This document shows, piece after piece, positions 12,190 through 24,688 of a stretch of DNA of 64,000 nt. The notes below the pieces were generated by a model that ran no database searches, was not told where the DNA came from, and was given only the letters and a program-made list of their open reading frames with translations. Source of the DNA: an uncultured Actinomycetes bacterium (GTDB lineage Bacteria > Actinomycetota > Coriobacteriia > Anaerosomatales > CAWKMJ01); the NCBI GenBank assembly GCA_963850695.1, contig CAWKMJ010000001.1, positions 267,837 through 331,836 on the forward strand, given 5' to 3'. A program made the translations under genes and the position numbers. How positions within the stretch are numbered: position 1 is the first letter of the stretch; every line of letters starts with the position of its first letter.

Positions 12190-12218
12190 CTCATGCCCCC
12201 TGCCTGGCGCACCGATAG
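12190..12218 (+). promoter_or_regulatory. Putative sigma28/WhiG-type promoter
   Basis: CTCATG-N15-ACCGATAG, about 50 nt before the ATG at 12270. Confidence 0.5.
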
Positions 12219-12269
12219 CACCGTTATGCACGACCAAGGGGCAAGGACCAACGCAAGGGGGTATGGGAG

Positions 12270-12494
12270 ATGGGCTGCTCACTCGACGGAGGGTGCACGT
12301 ACTTCAGCCAAGAGCAGATGGAGCAGCTATCTGGGCTAGCTGCACTCTATCGCAACCGGTACTGCGAGGGTGACCACGCGAAGTGCGCACGCCATCGTGT
12401 GCTTGAGGCGTACGGCGAGGGTGCGATCCCTCGCGACATGCGCCCCAACGATCACGCGAGGGCAGAACAGATGCTCGACGGAGTCGTCGTCTAG
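12270..12494 (+). CDS. 74-aa four-cysteine small protein (probable metal/Fe-S binding)
   Basis: C-x5-C-x-YF...YC-x6-CAR...IPRDMRPN; purine-rich RBS. Confidence 0.75.
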   Translation: MGCSLDGGCTYFSQEQMEQLSGLAALYRNRYCEGDHAKCARHRVLEAYGEGAIPRDMRPNDHARAEQMLDGVVV

Positions 12495-12538
12495 AGGGAC
12501 TCCAGAGCGTCGAACAGTAGCTGAGACGCGGTGCGGCG

Positions 12539-13806
<1,268 letters not shown>

Positions 13807-13807
<1 letters not shown>

Positions 13808-14421
13808 CAGTCAGTCGCTTCCATGTGGCGATTCGCGAGAACCGCGTCCACGAGGCCGTACGCCTTGGCCTCTTCGGACGTCATGATGTTGTCGCGATCG
13901 GTGTCCTCGTGGATCTTCTCGGAGGTCTGGCCGGTGTGCTTGGCCAGGATCTGATTGAGGGAGTCGCGCATCCGCAGCATCTCCTTGGCCTGGATCTCGA
14001 TGTCGGTCACCTGGCCCTGAGTGCCGCCCCACGGCTGGTGGATGAGGATGCGGCTGTGCGGCAGAGCGAAGCGCTTGCCCTCCGCGCCGGCTGCCAGCAG
14101 CACGGCCGCCATCGACGCGCACTGGCCGATGCAGATCGTGGACACGTCGCACTTGATGTACTGCATCGTGTCGTAGATCGCCAGGCCGGCCGTTACCGAA
14201 CCACCCGGCGAGTTGATGTAGAAGCTGATGTCCTTGTCGGGATCATCGCTCTCGAGGTGCAGCATCTGGGCGATCACAAGGTTCGCGATCTCATCGCCGA
14301 CCTCGTGGCCGAGGAAGATGACGCGCTCGTTGAGCAGCCGAGAGAAGATGTCGAAGCTGCGCTCGCCCCGCGAGGTCTGCTCGACGACGATGGGTACGAG
14401 ACTCTGTGGGTCTATTGCCAT
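13807..14421 (-). CDS. clpP: Clp protease proteolytic subunit
   Basis: [22 protein letters not shown]. Confidence 0.99.
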
Positions 14422-14425
14422 GGCG

Positions 14426-15769
14426 CTACTCCTGCTCAGTCTCATCGTCGGACTCAGACGCGTCCTCTTCGGCGAGGTCGATGATCTCCACGTTGTCGGA
14501 GTCCGTCAGCCAATCGATAGCCTTCTTCTGGAGAATCTGCTCGTGGAGCGCTTCGATGACGCCGGCCGACTCCCACTTCTCGCGAAGCCCATCGACGCTG
14601 TCACCCGTCTTGACGAAGTCCTGCAGCGTCTCGTCGATGTCCTCGTCCGTCACCTCGAAACCGAGCTGACGCGCCAGCGCCTCAAGCGCCAGCTCCTGCG
14701 CAACAGATGCCTCGGCCCGTGTCCGGAGCTCCTCCTCGATAGTAGCGAGGTGCGTGCCGGTCTGCTGCATGTACTCCTGCAGGTTCGTGTCGTTCGACTC
14801 GAGGTTCGCATTGAAGTCGCGGAACATGGCGGCAGCCGTGCTCTCGACCATCGCCTCCGGAACCTCGTCTTCCAGACGCTCTGCAAGGGCGAGGCGAACA
14901 CCATCCTCGAGAGCGCGGGCGCGGGCGAATCCCTTGGCCTGGTTGGTTTCCTCGCGAATGGTCTCACGCATCTCATCAAGGTTCTCGTAGCCGGCGTTCG
15001 TGGCGAGCTCCTCGTCGACGTCGGGAAGTACCTTGCCCTGGATCTCATGGACCTCGATATCGAAGTTGGCGGTCTTGCCAGCGAACTCGACGTTGCCCGA
15101 GCTCTCGGGGATGACGAACTCGGCCTCGACGTTCTGGCCGGGCTCACTGCCGAGGACCGCGTCCTCGAACTCCTCGGGCATGAGGCCCTTGCCCATCTCA
15201 TAGAGGTACTTGTCGACCGTGTTGCCCTCGTACTCCTCGCCGTCCAGCTTGCCGACGAACGAGATGAGCACGAAGTCGGTCTCAGCCACCGGACGATCGG
15301 TGACCGGCTCGGTCGTGGCAAAGCGGTCGCGGAACTCGTCGATCCGAGCGTCGATGTCTGCCTCGGTGGCCTCACCGGAGGGAATCTCCACTGAGAGACC
15401 CTCGATCGATGAGAGCGTCATCTCGGGCCGCACCTGGACCTCGGCCTCGTACTCGAATTCCTGACCGGGGACTATCGGCTCGATCTCGCCTATCTCCGGC
15501 TGAGCGATCGGTCGCAGACCCTCGGTATCAAGCGCCTTGCCGTAGCTGTCGGTCAGGGCAAGGTCTTGCGCGTCGGCGACGACGGCCTCCTTGCCCACGT
15601 GGCTGTCGATCATGGGCTTGGGCGCCTTGCCCTGGCGAAAGCCGGGGATCTTGACCTTCTTGGCCATGCGCGCATACGCCTCGTCGATGTACTCATCGAC
15701 CTCGTCTGCGGACATGACGACAGCCAGCTTCACCGTGCTGATGTCGAGCTTCTCGACCGATGTCTTCAA
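14426..15769 (-). CDS. tig: Trigger factor
   Basis: [10 protein letters not shown] ribosome-binding motif, FKBP-like domain, upstream of clpP. Confidence 0.98.
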   Translation of the reverse strand: MKTSVEKLDISTVKLAVVMSADEVDEYIDEAYARMAKKVKIPGFRQGKAPKPMIDSHVGKEAVVADAQDLALTDSYGKALDTEGLRPIAQPEIGEIEPIVPGQEFEYEAEVQVRPEMTLSSIEGLSVEIPSGEATEADIDARIDEFRDRFATTEPVTDRPVAETDFVLISFVGKLDGEEYEGNTVDKYLYEMGKGLMPEEFEDAVLGSEPGQNVEAEFVIPESSGNVEFAGKTANFDIEVHEIQGKVLPDVDEELATNAGYENLDEMRETIREETNQAKGFARARALEDGVRLALAERLEDEVPEAMVESTAAAMFRDFNANLESNDTNLQEYMQQTGTHLATIEEELRTRAEASVAQELALEALARQLGFEVTDEDIDETLQDFVKTGDSVDGLREKWESAGVIEALHEQILQKKAIDWLTDSDNVEIIDLAEEDASESDDETEQE

Positions 15770-15819
15770 CAGTCCTCCTCGGTACTTCGGACGGTGCCAT
15801 CATGGCACCGGTCATAACC

Positions 15820-15904
15820 TGGTGCGGGCGAGAGGATTCGAACCTCCATGAGTCTCCCCACTGGATCCTAAATCCAGCGCGTCTGCCAGTTCCGCCACGC
15901 CCGC
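15820..15904 (-). tRNA. tRNA-Leu(TAG)
   Basis: GCGGGCG..CTGGA-TT-TAG-GA-TCCAG, long variable arm, GTTCGAATC, CCA. Confidence 0.97.
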
Positions 15905-16016
15905 ACGGCATTGTCTAGAGCGGCTACCCAATATAACAAATCAGGCCGAGGAGGGCGTCCTCCCCGACCTGGATCACGAGGCAGTGACGGTCACGCCGAC
16001 GCCTCGATGCATGCGA

Positions 16017-16092
16017 TGGTGGGTCATACAGGGATCGAACCTGTGACCTTGGGATTAAGAGTCCCCTGCTCTACCAGCTGAGCTAATGACCC
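16017..16092 (-). tRNA. tRNA-Lys(CTT)
   Basis: GGGTCATTAGCTCAG..CT-CTT-AA..GTTCGATC..CCA, 76 nt. Confidence 0.97.
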
Positions 16093-16182
16093 GCGCCAGG
16101 GCATTCTATCGTCTGGCGCGCGAAATGCAAGGCCCGCCTGCGACCGGACGAGACCGGTCGCAGGCGATCCCGCAGCTCATTC

Positions 16183-17964
16183 CTAGTCGAGCTCGGCCGA
16201 GGCCGCGTCGATGACACTCTGCTTCAGCGACACTGGACCGCCCACCGGCCAGAGCCGCTCACAGTCGGAGGCCTGGTTCTGCAGGTAGTGCCCGCGTCGA
16301 CGACTGGGAAGCTTGTCCGTCTGCAACGACGAGCACTGGTCCGTCGAGGAATCCCACGTTCGCCCCGGCGCTCAGTGCATCCGGCAGCTTGGCCGCGATC
16401 GCGATGTTGTCGCTGCCGATGAGCCCGGCGAGCGTACGCTTCCTGTGCCACCGTCGCGGCCGTCGCATACCGGTCCGGACCGGCCCAGCGCAGTCGCCCC
16501 GAGCGAGCTGCGCACGGACTCGCTCACGGTAGCCGGTCCACCGGCGACGTAGCGGGGCGTCGTCTCCGAGGCGCAAGCGCCGTGAGCGCCGACTTCGTCT
16601 CGGAACGGCATCGTATTCTCCCCAACGAGCAGGATAGGCATGCCGTTGTGCGCCGCGACCGCAGAGAGGGCAAGCGCATCGAAGAACTTGTCCGGGTCGG
16701 CCCCGTTGGCGAGGAGCACTCCCGGACGATGATCACCGCGTACGTCTCGCATGCGGAGAGCGATGTTGCGGGCCACGTCGTACCGGTTGCTACCTCCGAT
16801 GCGTTCGACGTATGCGGCCCCGCCGGCGGCCGCCTCGATCTGCTCGTAGACCGTGTGGGTATCGTCACCGGCCCACCCACCACATGCACTCTGACCTTTC
16901 CGCTGAAACCACGGATGTCCGCGAGTCTGACCATCATCTCGTGGTTGGCGCGCAGGGTTCTTCGAAACGAGGAGCAACGGCGCGTTGTACGCCCAGCAGA
17001 GCCCACCCGCCGAGAGCGGATCGGCCATCGCGGCATCGTCACCGGAGGCGATGACGACATCACTCACGTGCTCGTCAGATGGCCACCGCGTGGCGATCTC
17101 GAGCTCACGAGAGACATCGAACCTGTCCGCTCCGGTGATCCGCTCGTCCCAGCCCGGGATCCGGCTCCGGTAACCACCACAGCGAGTAGGGACCGGCGCC
17201 CGATATCCTGTCGACAGCTACGTAGAGTGGGGCGTAGTCACCGGCCCCCCAGTCGCCGGGGTTGATCGTGAGACGACGAGAAGTCCGCTGATGAGCGTCG
17301 GTCTTCTTCGCCGGCAGGTTAGGAGCGTGCGTGCCGTCATCGGTGAAGACACGAAGACGGAAGTCATCGGCCGGACCCGTGGGATCCGAGAGGTTGATGC
17401 TCACCGAGCGTCCACGTTCGACCCAGAGCGTCCACGTGTGCTGCCCCGAGATCGATCGTCATGTAGCCGTAGAGCTGGCCTCCGTGGGCCGACTTGCCGA
17501 TATCGCGATCGTGTCGCGATGATCAAGCGGTTCGTGGCGTACGTCCCGCTTGTGCCCGACACATGCTTAACGACCAGGTAGTAGCGACCCGGTCCCTCGG
17601 AGGGCTGGACCCGGTAGCGCAGCTCGCTCGTCATGCCGTTGACGGAGGTCGAACTCAGAAGAGGCGGTGCGGCGAGCGAGGTAGCGTCCGGCGCGAGCAA
17701 CAACATGTTCGTGATCATCCCCGCAGACCCGTGCCACTGGATGTTGAACTCCTCGTCGCGCTGGAGCTGTACCCAGTAGACGTCGTACACATCGGTCGTC
17801 GGGGCGAGCGAACCGCTCACGCCGACCACGGGGTCCAAGCTCGCGGGCACCCCGGGGAGTGCGTCGTCATTGGGTGCGGCGCTAGACCGATGGAGCGAGG
17901 CTCACCGTCCCGAGCCAGAAGGACGAGAACGAGCAGAGCACGCGTGCCAACAAGCCTTCATCAT
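16183..17964 (-). CDS. Cell-wall-binding repeat 2 (CW_binding_2) surface protein; frameshifted
   Basis: ADPLSAGGL.WAYNAPLLLV, RIGGSNRY, FFDALALS...PILLV, AKLPDALS; N-terminal beta domains (DVYDVYWVQL). Confidence 0.8.
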
Positions 17965-18067
17965 GAGAGGCCTCCCACTGGGTCGAGAGTGATCGACTAT
18001 CCTCGCAAGGCGCTTCTCGCAGGCATTTCGATTCTACCCAGAACGCGGCGGCAAGGTACCGCACACA

Positions 18068-18096
18068 CGAAGACCCGCCACCAGGGCGGGTCTTCG
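18068..18096 (-). terminator. Hairpin downstream of the tRNA operon
   Basis: CGAAGACCCGCC-accag-GGCGGGTCTTCG. Confidence 0.7.
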
Positions 18097-18106
18097 TCAG
18101 ATACCT

Positions 18107-18184
18107 TGGGGTGTGTGAGGGGACTCGAACCCCCGGCCTTCGGAGCCACAGTCCGACGCTCTAACCAACTGAGCTACACACACC
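18107..18184 (-). tRNA. tRNA-His(GTG)
   Basis: G-1 present, TCGGA-CT-GTG-GC-TCCGA, CCA. Confidence 0.97.
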
Positions 18185-18193
18185 GTATTCAGC

Positions 18194-18270
18194 TGGCACG
18201 CCCGGAGGGATTCGAACCCCCGACCTAGAGATTAGAAGTCTCCCGCTCTATCCAACTGAGCTACGGGCGC
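18194..18270 (-). tRNA. tRNA-Arg(TCT)
   Basis: GCGCCCGTAGCTCAG..CT-TCT-AA..CCA. Confidence 0.97.
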
Positions 18271-18355
18271 ATTCCGACTCCCGGAGAGTGCCGAAGCAAG
18301 ACGGTACTCGCGGCCAGTCGCTATGTCAATCGCACCATGAGGTGCGCATACAGGC

Positions 18356-18431
18356 TGGAGCGGCGGACGGGACTCGAACCCGCAACAATCAGCTTGGAAG
18401 GCTGAGGCTCTACCAATTGAACTACCGCCGC
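18356..18431 (-). tRNA. tRNA-Gly(TCC)
   Basis: GCGGCGGTAG..TCAGC-CT-TCC-AA-GCTGA..CCA. Confidence 0.97.
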
Positions 18432-18435
18432 ACAC

Positions 18436-18512
18436 TGGTCGGGCCGGCCGGATTCGAACCGGCGGCCCCCTGCTCCCAAAGCAGGTGCGCTACCAAGCTG
18501 CGCCACGGCCCG
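18436..18512 (-). tRNA. tRNA-Pro(TGG)
   Basis: CGGGCCGTGG..CCTGC-TT-TGG-GA-GCAGG..CCA. Confidence 0.97.
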
Positions 18513-18573
18513 ACTCATGTCGCCCCGTGGCAAGTGCGCAGGTTCTCCCACTCCCCGCCGAGGGCAAAGGACA

Positions 18574-18601
18574 GTATAGGGTCCCGCAGGGTAGTGGGCA
18601 A
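18574..18601 (-). promoter_or_regulatory. Sigma-A promoter of the tRNA operon
   Basis: TTGCCC-N17-TATACT. Confidence 0.65.
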
Positions 18602-19193
18602 CTTCTCCGCCAGCGCTCCTGAAGCGCCTTCAGGCACCGCGGTGGCTGATCGCGTTCTTCTCGGCCATGTCGAGTTCGGCCATGCTGCGACCGGGCACGG
18701 CCTCGGGCAGGAAGAGCGGGTCGTAGCCGAATCCGCCCTCTCCGCGCGGCTCGATGCCCATCCGCCCCTCGCACGTCCCCTCGGCGACCGTCTCGGCACC
18801 GTCCTCATCGATCAGGACGACCACGCAGCGAAAACGCGCCGTACGCTCACCTTCGGGCACGTCGACAAGAGCGCCCAGCAGTCGCTCGTTGTTGGAGGCG
18901 TCGGTGGCGCACTCGCCGCTGAAGCGCGAGGAGTAGACGCCGGGTGCCCCATCAAGCGCATCGACCTCGAGGCCGCTGTCGTCGGCCAGCGCGATGCCGC
19001 CGTAGAGATCGCGGGCCGCCAGCGCCTTGATGCGCGCGTTCTCGACGAAGGTCTCGCCCGTCTCCTCGGGAGACTCCCACCCTCCCGCTTCGTCGATCGT
19101 GACGAACTCCCAGCCCGTGTGGGCAAGCGCCGACGCGTATCTCGGCGAGCTTGCCCTGGTTGCTGGTGGCGACGATGACACGCGGTGGGCCAT
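18600..19193 (-). CDS. rdgB: Non-canonical purine NTP pyrophosphatase; frameshifted, 3' end approximate
   Basis: ATSNQGK, ETGETFVENA..KA, ADDSGL, PGVYS, GFGYDPLF, KNAISHR. Confidence 0.95.
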
Positions 19194-19218
19194 CGGTATT
19201 GCCCGCAGCCGTGCCTGC

Positions 19219-19964
19219 TCAGAGCTCGAAGACATCGTCCTCACCCGCCGTGATGCGGGTCTGCAGCTCGACGAGGCGCTCGATGCCCTCGGCAGCCAGG
19301 TCGAGCAGCTCATCGAGACGTTCGCGCGCGAACGGGGTCTTCTCGCCAGTACCCTGGACCTCGATGAAACGGCCACGACCGTCCATGACCACGTTCATGT
19401 CGATCTCGGCGACAGAGTCCTCCGCGTAGTCGAGGTCGAGCATGGTCACCCCGTCGACCATCCCGACCGAGGTGGCCGCCACGTGGTCGGTCAGCGGCAG
19501 CTCGACGATCTTGCCCGCGCTCACGCCAGGTTGAGAAGGCATCGTGCATCGCGATGTAGGCCCCGGTGATCGCTGCGGTCCTCGTGCCTCCATCGGCCTG
19601 GATCACATCGCAGTCGATATGCATCGTGTGCTCTCCGCCCATCGCGCCCATGTCCACCACCGAACGCAGCGAACGTCCGATCATCCGCTGTATCTCATGC
19701 GTGCGGCCGCGCGGGCCACCGCTGGTCGCCTCACGACGTGAGCGGGTATGCGTCGAGGCAGGGAGCAGCGCATACTCGGCGGTGACCCATCCGAGTTCCT
19801 TGCCTCTGCGCCACGCTCCAGACACCTTCCACGATGCTGGCCGCGCACAGCACACGCGTGTCCCCCAGATCGAGCATGCAGCTGCCATGGGCGTGCTTGA
19901 GGTAGCGCCGCTGCACGCGCACCGGCCTCAGCTGATCGGGCGTCCGACCGTCCTGTCGCTCCAT
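19219..19964 (-). CDS. rph: Ribonuclease PH; frameshifted
   Basis: [43 protein letters not shown]. Confidence 0.97.
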
Positions 19965-20732
19965 CACGCGGTCCTCCCCTGTTCGGAAACGTCGAAGCTC
20001 TGCATCTCGTGCGCTACGACGACCTCGCCGCCGTAGGCTTCGCGCGCCTCGCTCAGCGCGACGTCTCTGTCGTTGGTCGGCCACACGTGCACGAGCACGA
20101 GCATGCCCGCACCCGCCTTGCGCGCTACCTCTCCTGCCTGTCGCGCCGTCAGATGCTGCACGACATCCGCGTACCTCTCGGGCAGCGTCGCCTCGGCAAG
20201 CAGAAGGTCACAGCCTGACGCTGCCTGAACGACCGCCTCACCCATCCCGTGTCAGACGTGTAGCAGAGCCGGGCACCTCCGCTCTGCGCGATGAGCGCGA
20301 AGGTCGGGTCGTTGTGGTCGACGGCGGCGACTCCCACCGTGAGATCGCCGAGGGGTACCGTCGAGCCGTCCTCGATCACGTGCACCTCGAATGCCGCGGG
20401 CGAACTCCCGTCGGCCGTTCTCGGAGAGCACGCACCCCATCGTCTCAGGAAGCCCCGCAGACGCGTAGAGCGGGAGCGGGTCTGCCGGCCCCTCCGGCGC
20501 GTAGCGGAGCAGAGCCTGCAGCGCGTAGAGGTCTGCGAAGTGATCGACGTGGGCGTGCGTGATGAACAGCGCGTCGAGCGAGAGAGGGTCGATGGCCGCC
20601 GAGAGATTGGCGAGCACACCGTGACCGCAGTCGAAGAGCACGCGCGTCTCGCCAGACTCGACCAGATGCCCCGCAGCAGGCCTGTCCGGCACCCGCGTAG
20701 GAGGCGGATGATCCGAGGACGGTCACGCGCAT
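19964..20732 (-). CDS. MBL-fold metallohydrolase (RNase Z/YhfI-like); frameshifted
   Basis: LFDCG.G, THAHVDHFAD, YTSDT, LLAEAT, HLTA, LVHVWP. Confidence 0.88.
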
Positions 20733-21642
20733 GTCGCGTCCTCGCTCTCCAGCAGCGCCAACAGCTCCTCGCTCGGCAGAGCTGCAAGCGTCTCCAGGGA
20801 CACGTGCTCCGCCGAGTGCGATCCTTCTGCGGAGAACACGCGAGCCGAGCAGGGCGAACTCCGTGGTGTCGCCGGTCGTCGCGAAGACCCTGTCGGGCTC
20901 GGAGCCCGGCGTGCGCCTGTTGCCTCGCGCATCCAGCGTCTCGGTCACCTCGCGAGCGGTCTCCTCGGCAGAGGAGATGATGCTCACGCGGGGACCCACG
21001 ACCTGCTGGATCGCGGGAGAGAGCAGCGGGAAGTGCGTACAGCCGAGAACGAGCGTGTCGATCCCGGACCGCTTGAGCGGGTCGAGGTAGTCGCGCGCGA
21101 GTTCGTAGAACGAGGGCCGGATGACGACGTCGGATGAGGCGGCAAGCCAATCCTCCAGCGGACCGGGGCCGCGCCTGCAGCCCCGACTCGACCACTTCCA
21201 CGAACTTGGGTGTGGGCTTCGAGAACACCGTGACGCCGGCATCGAGCGCTCTCACGGCGTTGGAGTACGCGCCCGACTCGATCGTCCCGACCGTCCCGAT
21301 GACCCCCACACGGTGGTTCATCGTCGTGCGCACGGCGGCTCGTGCCCCCGGCTCGACGACACCGATGACCGGGACATCGAAGGCCTTCTGCGCGAGCGCG
21401 AGCCCCACGGCGGTCGCGGTGTTGCATGCGACGACCATGAGCTTGATCGGATGCTGCGTGAGCCACGTGCCTATCTCGAGCACGAAGCGACGGACCTCGT
21501 CGGGTTCGCGAGGCCCGTACGGGCAGCGGGCGGTGTCGCCCAGGTAGATGATGTTCTCCTCGGGCAGAGCACTGATGATCTCACCTGCGACCGTCAGGCC
21601 CCCGAGGCCGGAATCGAAGATCCCGATGGGAAGGTCATCCAT
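20723..21642 (-). CDS. murI: Glutamate racemase; frameshifted
   Basis: GIFDSGLGGLTV, PYGP, VACNTA, LGCTHFP. Confidence 0.97.
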
Positions 21643-21691
21643 ACCGGTCAGTATACCCGCGCGACTCTGCCCAGAGCGGTACACTCTCCCC

Positions 21692-22161
21692 ATGCGACAC
21701 CCTCTCGTCATCTGCATAGGGAACAGAGCGCGCGGCGACGACGGCGCCGGCCGCCGAGTGGCCGACCTCCTCGGCGAGGAGCCCCTGGACGCTGTCACGA
21801 TCGTCTCCACGCCCCAGCTCGACGTCGTGATGGCCGAGCAGGTCGCCGAGGCCTCTCGAGTCATCTTCGTCGATGCCGAGCGACGGGACTCCCCTCCCGT
21901 CCGTACGGGCGGACTTGTCCCCCGACACTGCGCACACCAACGCCCACGCGATCGACCCGGCAGGCCTGCTCGCGCTCGCAGACACGCTCTATGGCGCGCT
22001 ACCCGACGCGACGCTCGTGTCGCGTGGCGGGCCCGGAGATGGGGCACGCCGAGGGGCTCTCGGAGACAGCCGAGGCCGCCTCTCTCGAAGCGGCCTCGGT
22101 CATACGGTCTCTGCTTGCGAGCTGCGGACTAGGCGCCCGCCCTGCTCTCTCCACTGCCTGA
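21692..22161 (+). CDS. Hydrogenase maturation endopeptidase; frameshifted
   Basis: IGN..RGDDGAG, IFVDA, HAIDP, EGLS; adjacent to the hydrogenase operon. Confidence 0.85.
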
Positions 22162-22385
22162 GTGTGTACTCGGCCTCCGCCGCGCCCCACATGTCCACCA
22201 CACGCTGATCGGCAGCAGATCGCCTCACACAGCATGAGGTAGTCCTCGCGCTGCAGATCGATCATCGAAGCGCAGGTCTGGTTCGTCGCAGAGGCAACGA
22301 TCATCGTGGCTACCGCCGCGCCGAAGGATGCCTCGAGCTTCGACCGCACGTGACTGTCGAACGCCTCCTGCATCGAAGCTGCCAT
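22100..22385 (-). CDS. Small hypothetical protein ending the hydrogenase operon; frameshifted, end approximate
   Basis: ATG 1 nt after the large-subunit stop; MAASMQEAFDSHVRSKLEASFG...DQRVVDMWG. Confidence 0.55.
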
Positions 22386-22386
22386 C

Positions 22387-23807
22387 TCACTCGACCCCCT
22401 TCCTTGCCAGAAGGGTGCCGTCGGGGGCGTGCACCTCCACGACCAGGGGCATCCGTCCGATCTCGTGCGTCGCACACGACAGACACGGGTCGTGTGCCCG
22501 GATGCCGAGTTCCATCCGGCGAATGGACTCGTCGCTCAAGGCCTCGTCCTTGTAGTCACCCGATACCGCCTCCAGCACTGCTGCATCAAGTGATGCCGTG
22601 TTGTGCGTGGTCGCCACGATCAGTTCTGCGCGCGTGACACGACCGACATCGTCGGCCTCGTAGTGGTGGATCAGCGTGCCGCGCGGCGCTTCCGATCACT
22701 GCGGTGCCCTGAGCCGGGACCACGGTTGACCTGCACGCGCACGTGGCTCGAGAGGATCTCATCGTCGGAGAGCAGCGCTTCCAGGCGCTCGTAGCCTGCG
22801 ACGAGCTCGATCATGCGCGCCCAGTGGTACGCGAGCGTTGCGTGCACCGGACGCCCGAGCTCGGCGCGGAACAGCTCCATGAGCTCCTGTGAGCGCTCGC
22901 CCGGGCATCGACGCTGCGATGTTGAGGCGAGCCAGCGGACCGACACGGTATGAGCCGGACTCGCCCTTGGCAGATCAGGTACGGCGACTTGGCGTAGCTG
23001 TTGGGGACGACCTTCTCGGCGATGTGGGTCGTCGAACTCGCGAGACTGGCCACTGCTCGAGAAGTCGACCCGTCCGTGCTCCACGACCGTGATGTCGCCG
23101 TCGTAGAAGTCGAGACCGCCCTCAGGGTTCGTGATCGCCATCATGGGCATCGGAGTGACGGCGTAGCCCGGGTTCTCCTCAAGAAGACGCATCGTCGACT
23201 CTCGGGCCACCTCGGCCGCCATCAGAGCGTCGTCCATTCCGCCTCGCACCATGCCGAGCATCTCATCGCGCTGCTCGATCGTGATGCCCTTGCTCATGCC
23301 GCCGGGAATCGCAGCGACAGGATGGCTGGCGCGACCGCCGACCGTCTCGACGATGCCCTGGCCGGTCTTGCGGATCCCGATCGCCTTGAGTGCCAGCTCC
23401 GGCGCACCCTTGATCACGCCGAGGATGTCGCGACTCCCCGAGCCGTCACCGGTAAGGAAGTCCGGTCCTGCAAGGAAGAAGAAGTGCAGCGCATGGTCCT
23501 GGATGAGGCCACCGAGATGCATGGTCTCGCGCAGCATGCGCGCCGCCGGCGGGATGGTGACGTCATAGAGGTCATCGACCGCTTTGACCGCCGCGAGATG
23601 GTGACTCACCGGGCAAACGCCACATATGCGGCTCGTGATGAGAGGCATCTCCCAGACCATGCGGTCCTTGAGCATCTGCTCGAAGCCACGGAACTCCAGG
23701 ATGTCGAAGTGGGCATCGCTCACGTTGCCGGCGTCATCGACGAACAGCGAGATGCGACCGTGCCCTTCGATGCGCTTGACCTGCTCGAGTCTCACAGTCT
23801 CACTCAT
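22387..23807 (-). CDS. mvhA: Group 3 [NiFe]-hydrogenase large subunit (MvhA/HoxH-like); frameshifted
   Basis: RIEGHG, RGFE, L1 SRICGVCPVSH, L2 DPCLSCATH plus cleavable C-terminal extension. Confidence 0.9.
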
Positions 23808-24688
23808 CGTCGCAACCTCCCTCGTCCACGATAGTTGGGAAGACGGAAGCCGGCATCGAGAAGCGGTAGCCGGTGCCGATGAGGTCGTCCATGATCATGA
23901 TCGCACCCGCGGGCAGAATCGCCGCGAGCGCGTCCGCTGCCTTGCCGCCCTGCTCGTAGTCGAGTCGGCTCGGCCCTTGGCATCCTCGGCACGGAACGTT
24001 GGCCGCCGTACACCTGGCGCCGCAACCCTCTCGGGTCATCGGGCCCATGCACAACACACCCTGCTCGAGGAAGCACCGGGTCTCGTCGATGTGCTCGAGC
24101 TCCATCGGCGCGTAGACCATGTCCGACACGAAGTTGGAGCTGTGCTCCAGAAGCGCGTGCTTCTCGCGCTGGCACTCATCGCACATGTTGCGCCGGGGCA
24201 TCTCCCAAGACTCTCCTGCCAAGGCCGCGTTGAGCGCTGACATGAGCGTCTCGGTCTTCGGAGCACATCCCGGAACGGAGATGTCCACCTCGACGAGATC
24301 TGAGATGGGCCGAACGCGTGATGTCACCTCGGGAAGTCCGTCGCCCACGGGCTTGTCGTCACCGTAGATCGCCGTGAGCATCTCGTCCTTCGTGTACAGG
24401 TTGCGAAGACCGCCGATGCCGCCGAGGGCCGCGCAGGAACCCACGGCCACGAGCGTCGTTGCCTTGCTCCGTGCTTCCTTGAGGGCAGCGACGTCATGCT
24501 CTGTCGTGATCGCTCCCTCCACGAGGACGACGTCGGCGAAGTCCATCTCGCGTGCGTCTGGAGAGCGGCGAGTGGACGAGGTCGACGGTGTCGGCCAGCT
24601 CGATGAGGGCCTCATGGGCATCGAGTAGCGAGACGTAGCAGCCCTCACAGCCGCCCAGCACCACGTGCGCGAGCCTTGGCTTGCTCAT
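23800..24688 (-). CDS. mvhG: Hydrogenase small subunit (MvhG-like); frameshifted
   Basis: [58 protein letters not shown]. Confidence 0.88.

Noticed and set aside
12182-12197. TTGGCATGCTCATGC as a sigma54 promoter
   Set aside because: GG-to-GC spacing is 9 nt rather than the required 10
15820-18512. tRNA cluster as a possible integration site flanking the CWB2 gene
   Set aside because: No integrase, no duplicated tRNA 3' end and no obvious composition shift
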